A stretch of DNA of 14,722 nt, taken from the NCBI RefSeq assembly GCF_006345805.1, contig NW_021825692.1, positions 1-14,722 of the forward strand, written 5' to 3'. Each line of letters begins with the position of its first letter. The stretch's first letter is position 1. The position numbers were made by a program, and so were the translations under genes. A model generated the notes under the pieces. That model saw only the letters and a list, made by a program, of their open reading frames with translations, was not told the DNA's origin and did not search any database. Shown piece after piece: positions 1 through 8,535 of the stretch. Source of the DNA: Octopus sinensis. Taxonomy: Eukaryota.

Positions 1-14
1 CTGAGTGCTGCATA

Positions 15-39
15 ACACATACACACACACACACACACA
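15..39. repeat. (CA)n microsatellite
   Basis: Direct reading: near-perfect CA run. Confidence 0.9.
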
Positions 40-65
40 TAAATATTACATAATATGAATATACA

Positions 66-224
66 GGTGCAGACGTGGCTGTTTAGTAAGAAGCTACCTT
101 CCCAACCACAAGATTCCTGGTTCAGTCCCACTGCGTGGCACCTTGAGCAAGTGTCTTCCGCTGTAGCCTCGGGCCAACCAAAGCCTTGTGAATAGATTTG
201 ATAGAGGGAACTGAAAAAAGTCCG

Positions 225-226
<2 letters not shown>
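66..226 (+). mobile_element. SINE family A, 5' half only (diverged copy)
   Basis: GGTGCAGACGTGGCTG (A-box-like) ... GGTTCAGTCCC (B-box-like) ... GGCACCTTGAGCAAGTGTCTT ... AACTGAAAAAAGTCCG aligns by eye to complete copies at 4247, 10017 and 12557. It is followed by (GT)n but no 3' half. Confidence 0.9.

Positions 227-280
<54 letters not shown>
227..280. repeat. (GT)n microsatellite at the internal-microsatellite position of SINE A
   Basis: Perfect GT run directly after the SINE A head. Confidence 0.95.
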
Positions 281-284
<4 letters not shown>

Positions 285-296
285 ATAATAACAATT

Positions 297-343
297 TAAT
301 AAATAAAACATATGCATACATACATACATATATGTACATACCT
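297..343 (+). repeat. 47-bp direct repeat, copy 1 (copy 2 at 2048-2094)
   Basis: TAATAAATAAAA(C/T)ATATGCATACATACA(T/A)ACATATATGTACATACCT; 45/47 identical between copies. Confidence 0.8.
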
Positions 344-603
344 ATATCTATATGTATATATACATGCATATATGAGTACAGGACACCACAAATAAACGTA
401 GAACACAACGAGAAACGAAAACATAAAACCAAACAAGGAAACGGACTTTTTTTTAACAACGAAAAAACAGAGTACAAGACAAACAACACAAGGAACATTC
501 CCCTTCTTCAGCTGCCCCTGTTTCGACCCAATGCGTGTTTCGAAGGTAAGGGCAGAACACGACCACGCCGAATCATCCTCGCAAAATGAATTAAATAGAT
601 TTA

Positions 604-608
604 GTATA

Positions 609-659
<51 letters not shown>

Positions 660-673
660 ATATATATATATAT
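604..673. repeat. (TA)n microsatellite
   Basis: Imperfect TA run. Confidence 0.9.
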
Positions 674-674
674 A

Positions 675-704
675 CTAGCAACGACACCCGTCTTTTGGAC
701 GGTT
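675..704 (-). mobile_element. Probable Helitron 3' terminus
   Basis: Minus strand reads CCGTC-CAAAA-GACGG hairpin, then GTGTCGTTG, then CTAG|T into a TA run. This is the canonical hairpin + CTRR|T Helitron end. The 5' end was not found. Confidence 0.45.
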
Positions 705-1918
705 TAAGTTGCTTTCGTGGTATTTTTTTCACCAAATAATTGAACTACCGAGAAGGTTTATGTGTAGCATGGTAATCTGTTTCCGATTAACCTAGGAACG
801 GAAAATCAAATTGAAGGCTTGTTATTGTGGAGGTCGTTGCACTTTGATTATCATAGAATATATAAGTTTGCAAGCGATGTAAAGTAGAGCTACTGAAGTG
901 TTTTGGGAGTAGATTACGGATAATGACTACAAAATATAGTTGTTTACATGAAAGCGAAATTTCTTGTCAGAAACAGCCACATAAATGGTGTAAGGAAATT
1001 GAAGGAAGATGTTGAAACTTCCCCTCTGCGAGTTTATTTTTTTCAACAGCAAAGAGAGCTATTTTTTTGTTGTTGTTTGAGAGAGAAAAGCTAACAAAAG
1101 CCCCTTTATTCTATCTTCCTACATAGCGTGCACATAAACTAACAGCGAATGCTGCATAAAGTTAAATTGGTATGTAGCTTCCTGAAAGATACGTATAGCT
1201 TTCGCTAGTGGAAGCAAAACTTTTATTTAAAGGTTGATTCTTTGGGATGAATCATATGTGGGTGCTTAAAAAAGGCTAGAATGACAATGCTAAAACCTAT
1301 TTGAAACAACGGACAGCAGCCGAAATATCATAATGGCTGGGTAAAGAAGCATCTTTAAAGTAAAACAACGGTATCAAAGGTAAAAAAGAAGGTATCAACA
1401 ATCAGAAGAGAGAGAAGGAAACATCACCTTTCAAGTAACTCAGAATAGGTAAAGGTAAGCTTGCCAAAGTTTAATGCAGTTTCAATATGCAGATTAAGAT
1501 AGTTTGGTATTGGATATTCCTCACGTATATTTTTCCTAGTCAACTGAATGACCGTCGTAAGTGGACAGCAGAAATAAATAGACGAAATCCTTTCACTTTT
1601 ATGAAAAGATTAAAAAGAAAATGAGGGCAAAAAGCACACGTTTTTTCACAATGTTATCACCCTCTTGTACTGTCTCATATCCCTCCCCACCACTACACGC
1701 TCAATAACACTATAAAAATGGTCAAATTTTTCCACAAGAACTTAGTTCAATTTGAAAACTCCACTAGAATGGACGAAAGCGCTATTATATGACATATGGT
1801 ATATGATGTATAAAAATATGTAAGATACAAATAAATATCTATAATATAAAACCATCCGAATTTCTGAGTACCTCATTTCTTCTAATATAAAATACCTGTA
1901 CATCATCTCCAAACCTTC

Positions 1919-1966
1919 TAATATATATATATATATATTATATATAATATATATACTATATATATA
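1919..1966. repeat. (TA)n microsatellite
   Basis: Imperfect TA run. Confidence 0.9.
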
Positions 1967-2047
1967 AACCAGCTTAGAGAAGAAGAAGAGACGAAACTAA
2001 ACCAAACGAGTCGAATCGAAGCGAAGGCGCTCAGTCATACAATAGTG

Positions 2048-2094
2048 TAATAAATAAAATATATGCATACATACAAACATATATGTACATACCT
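2048..2094 (+). repeat. 47-bp direct repeat, copy 2 (copy 1 at 297-343)
   Basis: 45/47 identity to 297-343. Confidence 0.8.
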
Positions 2095-2214
2095 AATATA
2101 TATATATATAGAGAGAGAGAGAGGGGGGGAGAAAGGGAGAGGGATATATTGATAGATAGATAGGCAGATTCACACACAGATACACGTGTATATGTGTATA
2201 TATTTATATATATA

Positions 2215-2656
2215 CGCGCATGCGCACTCGCGAAAACCCACGCATAATCTCAACGATGAGAGCGCATGTAACTCTGCAGGCCAGAGCTGGAAGCACACAG
2301 GCGACCACATGGCTCACAACGATAGTCTGCTGTCTAGATTGAGGCGAATTCTGTCCTGTGACGTCTGTTTCTTGCAGCAGCGAGACGCTGTCGTCTGTCT
2401 TCGAAGGCAGCTACTGCTCATGAGGCGAATGACGTCGACGCTGATCTGTCATGTTTGCATAGACTAATGCTGTTCCATTTGAGATTGTTTTTCAGTGTGC
2501 TCTTTGTACCATAGTTTACGCCTTCCTTGTTCGTGTGAACTGTACACAAGCTCACCGTAAAACAACTCCATGGGTACGCGGCTGTCAATTATTCTAATGG
2601 CGTGGCCAATAATTTATTGTAAATGAACTTTCAGCAGCATTGACTTAATGCTTGTA
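2215..2656 (-). mobile_element. RTE-clade LINE, decayed 3' end of ORF (post-RT region plus terminal C2H2-like motif)
   Basis: Manual minus-strand translation: TSIKSMLLKVHLQ*IIGHAIRIIDSRVPMELFYGELVYSSHEQGRRKLWYK / frameshift / TLKNNLKWNSISLCKHDRSASTSFAS*AVAAFEDRRQRLAAARNRRHRTEFASI*TADYRCEPCGRLCASSSGLQSYMRSHR* (stop at 2250-2252). This matches the RTE C-terminal pattern W.GHV.RM.D.R.P..L.YGEL...R..G...L.YKD.LK..LK....DR..WR...C..C.R.C.S..GL.SH.R.H. Confidence 0.9.
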
Positions 2657-2808
2657 TATATGCGTGTGTGCGTATACAAAAGTATATGTATGAATGGATA
2701 GACACGCATGATACATTATTGAAAATTTGGCATTCTCATTCATATCTAATTTAGATTTTTCGGCTTTTTAAAAAGAATTAGGATCTTTTCCTTTTGAAAG
2801 GATAATTA

Positions 2809-3321
2809 CCGTAAATCCTCGAGTATAATCGGTATTTTCCCCCCAAAATTTAAAGGTCAAAATCCCTAGTGCGTACTATATACGAGGTTAAAAATGAAAA
2901 AATATTTTCTAAGCAATGTCCGAGTCTCGATTTGCTGTCCGGCAATGTTTATTCAGACGCATTTTGTGACGTCGGGCGCGAAAATACCTTAAGCTAAGCC
3001 TGAAAGCAATGAAGTCGTAAAAGAATCATCCATAACTTGCAGTAAGCAACATTTATTAAACGTTATTACTGTTATTTCTTTATTTTCTGCAAACAAAATG
3101 CACATAAAAGGTACACGTTTGCATTATGTCATATATACAATAATAATAAAGGGCGTTACCGTATACGTTTTTACAAACCAAGGACGTTATATAGACCCCC
3201 TTCACTCAAATTAGAGAAGGGGTGCATATCATACACAAGGTTTAGGTTTTTCAGAGATACAGCCCCCTAAAAATCCCCTGCATATTATACTCAAAGGCGG
3301 ACTATACTCGAGGATTTACGG
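2809..3321. mobile_element. Non-autonomous Tc1/mariner-superfamily (pogo/Tigger-like) MITE, 513 bp
   Basis: Perfect 19-bp TIRs CCGTAAATCCTCGAGTATA (2809-2827) and TATACTCGAGGATTTACGG (3303-3321), TA TSD at 2807-2808 and 3322-3323, and subterminal TATA(T)ACG/TATACTC repeats. No long ORF. Confidence 0.9.
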
Positions 3322-3460
3322 TAGTTTCTGATAGCAACTTTGAAAGAATAAAGATCCTAAATTCATATTAGACGTGTCCGGGCCTTCAATGTCCTATTTC
3401 AAAAATTCTTTCGTCTTATTCCGTTTTTCTATGATTTTATTTCAAACATCTTTCATTATT

Positions 3461-3634
3461 TATCTTTTACTTGTTTCAGTCGTTTGACTACGGCCATGCT
3501 GGGGCACCGCCGCGAGGGTTTTAGTCGAACAAATGGACCCCAGGACTTTTTTTTTGTAAGCTTAATACTAATTCTATTGGTCTCTTTTGCTGAACACCGG
3601 TTGCCAAGCGGCGGGTGGAGGGACAAACACAGAC
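3461..3634 (-). mobile_element. SINE family A, 3' half only
   Basis: Reverse complement of TCTGTGTTTGTCCC...CAAAAGAGACCAATAG...GCGGTGCCCCAGCATGGCCGTAGTCAAACGACTGAAACAAGTAAAAG, with an internal deletion. It abuts a microsatellite and lacks a head. Confidence 0.85.
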
Positions 3635-3644
3635 AGACAGAATG

Positions 3645-3803
3645 ACACACACATACACATGTATATATACATATATATATAACATATATATATATATATA
3701 TATATTACACATACATACATACATACATACATACATACATACATACATACATACATACATACATACATACATACATGCATACATACATACATGCATACAT
3801 ACA
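3645..3803. repeat. Compound (CA)/(TA)/(TACA)n microsatellite
   Basis: Direct reading. Confidence 0.95.
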
Positions 3804-3949
3804 AAAATACCCATTTGTTGATGCTGAAATTCCAATGAAGGGGCCTTTGATCTAGGTTAGAAACAGGATCTTTCTCTGTTAGCAAGAAATCTTGAAATAA
3901 AGCTGAACAATAACAGACAGACAGACAGACAGACAAATAGATAGATATA

Positions 3950-4171
3950 CGAGGTGGGTGAGGTGAAACGTTCCTGGCTTTAAGAGTGTCGTGAAAGGCT
4001 TGACTGGAGGCCCAAACATCCGGGTTATTTTACAAGGCTTAGAAAAACTGAAGGACCGCTGCAATAAGTGTGTGAATGTGAGAGGGAGGAATATGTTGAG
4101 TAAAACCATAATTAACTGATCCTCCTGTATTTTCTTTTATCCATAACCAGGAACTTTTCAGCACCCACTCG
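3950..4171 (+). mobile_element. Mariner-derived MITE retaining the transposase C-terminal remnant
   Basis: Imperfect TIRs TA|CGAGGTGGGTGAGGTGAAACGTTCCTGG and CCAGGAACTTTTCAGCACCCACTCG|CA. 4027-4103 translates ILQGLEKLKDRCNKCVNVRG / frameshift / EYVE*, matching the mariner C-terminus G..KL..RW.KC....G.YVE. Confidence 0.85.
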
Positions 4172-4246
4172 CATGGGTAGATAAACACTATCTATAGAAA
4201 CAAGTTATAAACATGTTATAAACAAGTTATACAAGTAAGTTATACA

Positions 4247-4805
4247 GGCGTAGGAGTGGCTGTGTGGTGAGTAGCTTGCTAACGCACCACATGGTTCCGG
4301 GTTCAGTCCCACTACGTGGTACCTTGGGCAAGTGTCTTCTACTCTAGCCTCGGGCCGACCAAAGCCTTGTGAGTGGATTTGGCAGACGGAAACTGAAAGA
4401 AGTCCGTCGTATACGTATATATATATATATATATATGTACGTACGTACGTACGTATGTAATGTATGTATGTATGTACGTACGTATATATATGTATGTATG
4501 TACGTACGTATGTACGTATGTATGTATGTATGTATGTATGTATGTATGTATGTATGTATGTATGTATGTATGTATGTGTGTGTGTGTGTGTGTGTTTGTG
4601 TGAAAAACTTTAGCTGTCAATGTCCCCCCAACATCGCTAGACAACCGATGCTGGTATATTTAGGTCCCCGTAAATTAGCGGTTCGGCAAAAGAGACCGAT
4701 AGAATAAGTACTAGGCTTACAAAGAATATGTCCCGGGGTCGATTTAGTCGGCTTAAGGCGGTGCTCCAACATGGCCACACCCAAATGACTGAAACAAGTA
4801 AGAGA
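4247..4805 (+). mobile_element. SINE family A, full length, with ~190-bp internal microsatellite (4410-4601)
   Basis: GGCGTAGGAGTGGCTGTGTGG head with A/B-box-like motifs, body to AAGTCCGTCG, then (TA)(CGTA)(TGTA)(TG) tract, then 3' half ending GACTGAAACAAGTAAGAG. Confidence 0.95.
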
Positions 4806-5539
4806 CTACTTCAGAATACAAACAAGTTATACACAACTTCCTTAATCGACAGCTTGAATAGTATGATATTGTATTGCTCTTAAATGGGCGGAGTAGTTAG
4901 GTAACAGCAACAATAATATTGCCAAGCTAAGTCTATTACCTATAGTAACTGTTACAATTTCATTTGTAGCTCTATAATGCATTATCGTAATACATTGACA
5001 GCTGAAGTTTTGCACAGGTTGACCTAAATGACAAGAAAAGCACAGCCTTTCAATCGTTGATCAAAATCTTTTGTAACGTTCTCAGAAATGACACAGCACA
5101 AAAAAAAAAAAGAAAAGAAAAAGGAAGAAACATGAAATAATATACCAACGGCAACTAAGAAGATATATTACGTATATTCCCACAGGCTTATTGAATAGAA
5201 AAATGATTTGAGTACTTAAGCATGGTCGTATGAATAAGAAGTTCGCTTCGCAACTGCGTTTTTTTTAAAAAAAGACTCGGGATCTTTACTTTTTGACCGA
5301 CAGATTTAAAAAATAATTTTTTGTTTCTAAACACTTTCAAACTTCGGACACTGGTAGAATGTGTCATATAAAACATCTTTTACTCTTAGCAGTTTTTGAG
5401 AAAAACTTATAAATAGGAAGTTATTTCACCTTTAAGTTCTCGTATTTCGGTAATTTCAACCAACCAATGACGTGTATTCAGCTGAATAAAATTACTGTCA
5501 TTGTTTGTCAACAACAATTATCGGGGACACACACTCGTT

Positions 5540-5571
5540 CACACACACACACACACAACACACACACACAC

Positions 5572-5603
<32 letters not shown>

Positions 5604-5620
5604 ACACAACACATACACAC
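5540..5620. repeat. Imperfect (CA)n microsatellite
   Basis: Direct reading. Confidence 0.9.
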
Positions 5621-5670
5621 AAATGCATGTACATCAGGTTTCCTGAGCTAGAATACAATTCCATTTTGAA

Positions 5671-6269
5671 GGCGGCGAGCTGGCAGAATCGTTAGCACGC
5701 CGGGCGAAATGCTTAGCCGTATTTCGTCTGCCGTTACGTTCTGAGTTCAAATTCCGCCGAGGTCGACTTTGCCTTTCATCCTTTCGGAGTCGATAAATTA
5801 AGTACCAGTTACGCACTGGGGTCGATGTAATCGACTTAATACCTATGTCTGTCCTTGTTTGTCCTCTCTGTGTTTAGCCCCTTGTGGGTAGTAAAGAAAT
5901 AGGTATTTCGTCTGCCGCTACGTTCTGAGTTCAAATTCCGCCGAGGTCGACTTTGCCTTTCATCCTTTCGGGGTTGATAAATTAAGTACCAGTTACGAGC
6001 TGGGGCTGACGTAATCGACTTAATCCCTTTGTCTGTCCCCTCTATGTTTAGCTCCTTGTGGGCAATAAAGAAATAAGAAACGTTAGCACGCCGGGCGAAA
6101 TGTTTAGCAGTATTTCATGTGTCTTTACGTTCTGAGTTCATATTTCGCCGAGGTCGACTTAGCTTTTCATCCTTTTGGGTTCGATAGATTAAGTACCAGT
6201 TGCGTACTTGGGTCGATCAAATCGACTGGCCTCAAAAGTTTCGGACTTGTGCCTAGAGTAGAAAAGAAT
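5671..6269 (+). mobile_element. SINE family B, tandem trimer (full unit, head-less unit from 5903, 5'-truncated unit from ~6078 with alternative tail)
   Basis: Head GGCGGCGAGCTGGCAGAATCG, B-box-like GAGTTCAAATTCC and central GCCTTTCATCCTTTCGGGGTCGATAAATTAAGTACCAG repeated three times. GTATTTCGTCTGCC occurs at 5719 and 5903 (184-bp period). The third unit ends CTTGTGCCTAGAGTAGAAAAGAAT. Confidence 0.95.
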
Positions 6270-6457
6270 ATAGTCGTCCTCTCTTTGTGGTAAATAAAAA
6301 AAATCAGTTATAATAATATAGTCCGAATGATCATAACAGGCATGGCAATATTTCTTTTTTCTAGAAGCAGACTACAGAAGACTTGACATATCACCAGACC
6401 AGTCGCACTACTAAGAAAATTCAAGGTAGTATTTCGTTGGCGTGCTATTCAGAAAGT

Positions 6458-6485
6458 CGCGTGGGCCGCAGTTTGCCCATGACTG
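6458..6485. mobile_element. Possible hAT (Charlie-like) terminal fragment
   Basis: CGCGTGGGCCGCAGTTTGCCCATGACTG resembles hAT MITE ends (CAG...GGGCAAACT.CGGCCC). A weak partner CAGGCATGGCAA lies at 6337, but there is no 8-bp TSD. Confidence 0.35.
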
Positions 6486-6810
6486 ATGTATTATAAAATG
6501 GAAATGCTTGATCGGATGATTTATTAGTGAACTATAAAATTTTAAAATATTTAATTTGCCGGGTAATAACGTCTGACGCAAATCAAAAATAGCGGAAACG
6601 CACTGTTTCCTGGTCTCTGCACCGGCAAATTTGTTACAGACAAGTTAGAAATATTAATAGATTTATAGGGAATTACGATTTTCCGCTTTCATTTTGTAGT
6701 CATAAACTGAAAGAATATTTATGGTGTTTATCAACACTGGAAGGAAGATAATGTAAAGTTGATCTCATCGAGATTTCAGGCTGGGATGTAAAGGGTCGTA
6801 ACTAAATACC

Positions 6811-7043
6811 TATTTCTTTACTACCCACAAGGGGCTAAACACAGAGAGGACAAACAAGTACAGACAAACGGGTTAAGTCAGTTACATCGATCCCAATGCG
6901 TAACTGGTACTTATTTAATCGACCCCGAAAGGATGAAAGGCAAAGTTGCCCACGGCGGAATTTGAACTCAGAACGCAGCGGTGGACGAAATGCCACAAAA
7001 CATTTCGCCCGGCGTGCTAACGCTTCTGCCAGATTGCCGCCTT
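6811..7043 (-). mobile_element. SINE family B, full-length monomer with 16-bp TSD
   Basis: Reverse complement of the B consensus, flanked by identical GTCGTAACTAAATACC at 6795-6810 and 7044-7059. Confidence 0.95.
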
Positions 7044-7741
7044 GTCGTAACTAAATACCGTTAGACATTCGGTTCGACCAATGGTTATGTTGATAAGCTC
7101 AATGTCGACTCCGATTGAGCCGGGTTGGTACAAAAGCTTTTCAGTCAATTTCTTTGTTGCTAAAAAGAAGGGACGATACGAGGACAGACAAAACAAACAT
7201 TGGGGTCAGAGTATCGAATGAGACGAAACACATGAATAAACAAACAATTAAAATATATACAATTAAATGAGAATGAGTGATTAACAAAAAATGAAGCGGG
7301 GGACGCGGTCGACTCCCACAAACCACATACTCAGACTGAAAACTTTGCTTTCTCCTTTTTATATTCTCGTTTAAACAGGTTCTTTCACTCGCAGCATACT
7401 TGCTATAGACTTCCATCTTTTACGAAACACACTTTGTGACAGGCATTTCTTCTCCAGCCTTATTTTCCGTTTCATGTGGAAAACGAAAAAGGCGATTAGC
7501 TCGAGACTCGAGATGAAGATGCCTTAACCATTCTGCTTTCTCTTTCACATGACACACGGCATCAAGAACAGCGTTGTCTAGTGTATCCTTCCCTTGTATT
7601 CTTAGGACGATAGAACGGATGATTTGAGGGAGATGTGGCTGTTATTCGAGTTATTTCAGCTATTTGAGCAACTACATCGTTGATAGTGGAAGCCACTAAT
7701 TAAAATCATAGATGATGTTATCAATATTATCTAATTTATTG

Positions 7742-8281
7742 AGGCACTCCGGGCAATAATGCTTTTCGGCATTTTGACCGTCTTTACGTTCTGAGTTCAA
7801 ATTCCGCCGAGGTCGGGTTTACCTTTAAGGCAACAAAGCTGGCAGAATAGTTAGCATGTTGGGCAAAATGCTTAGCAGCATTTCGTCCATTTTTATGTTC
7901 TGGATTTATGTGTATAATGGTTTGTAATTTAGGCTCAGAGTAAAAGCGGCGAACTGGTAGAATCGTTAGTACACCGAGCAAAATGCTTAACGGCATTTCA
8001 TTTGTCTTTACCTTCTGAGTTCAAATTCCGCCAAGGTTGACTTTGCCTTTTGTCCTTTCGGGGTTGATAAAATAAACAGCAGTTGAGTAGTGGGGTCGGT
8101 GTAATCCACTTACCCGCTCTTCCGAAATTGCTAGCCTTGTACCAAAATTTGAAACCAATATTATCTAATTTATTGAGGCGGCAAGCTAGCAGAACTGTTA
8201 GCACAAGGCGGCGAGCTTGCAGAAACGTTAGCACGCCGGGCGAAATGCTTAGCAGTATTTCGTCTGCCGTTACGTTCTGAC
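7742..8281 (+). mobile_element. Cluster of five co-oriented SINE B fragments (approx. 7742-7826, 7827-7893, 7943-8158, 8175-8204, 8205-8281)
   Basis: Repeated GGCGGC/GCTGGCAGAA..GTTAGCAC heads and CTGAGTTCAAATTCCGCC motifs. The 7943 copy has a third tail type (CCTTGTACCAAAATTTGAAACC). A 24-bp direct repeat lies at 7722-7745 and 8156-8179. Confidence 0.85.
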
Positions 8282-8535
8282 TCTAAAACCACATTAAATG
8301 TTCATATAGCACAAGGAGAGAAGACAAAAAGACAAAATAAAACTAGTAAAAAATTACTGGATAATTTTTTGAGTTAGATCCTGGCTGCTATTTTCAGCAT
8401 GGCGGTATCTCGTAGATACCCTAAATTATAATTTTAATAGTAATTATTACCTTTGAAGGTGTTTATTTCCATGCTGGCCAGTAAAAAGATCGTTATTTAA
8501 TTTAAATTAACGATCTTATCTTTATATATATATAA

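Noticed and set aside
490-550. Minus-strand CGAAAC...CTGAAGA motifs suggesting a hammerhead ribozyme
   Set aside because: In the only possible (type II) topology stem I does not pair and stem II closure is non-canonical.
94-589. ORFs 94..498 (-) and 227..589 (+), and similar ORFs at 3521-3936, 4339-4707, 5501-5695, 8502-8987, 9385-9909, 11851-12260, 12435-12812 and 14023-14657
   Set aside because: HTHT, VCVC, YIYI and MYV runs are translations of microsatellites and SINE consensus sequence, not genes.
1752-1778. TTGAAAA-C-TCCA-CTAGAA-TGGA-C-GAAA, hammerhead-like core
   Set aside because: It has two mismatches in CUGANGA and a C-C closing pair, and stems I and III are not convincing. At best it is a dead remnant.
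2186-2467. Plus-strand 93-aa ORF with CxxC motifs
   Set aside because: It is the antisense shadow of the minus-strand RTE fragment.
4247-4320. tRNA-like sequences here and at other SINE heads
   Set aside because: They have A/B boxes but no complete cloverleaf, and they continue into SINE bodies, so they are not tRNA genes.
5215-5520. Unique segment starting TTAAG that might be a TTAA-targeting DNA transposon (and ORF 5188..5376)
   Set aside because: No matching TIR or second TSD was found, and the ORF is short with no recognisable motif.
6337-6485. Complete hAT MITE
   Set aside because: The left TIR is weak and the flanks GATCATAA and ATGTATTA do not form an 8-bp TSD. Only the right end is kept, at low confidence.
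6553-6631. 10-bp inverted repeat AATTTGCCGG / CCGGCAAATT, 59-nt spacer
   Set aside because: It is short and has no TSD or second copy, so it is compatible with chance.
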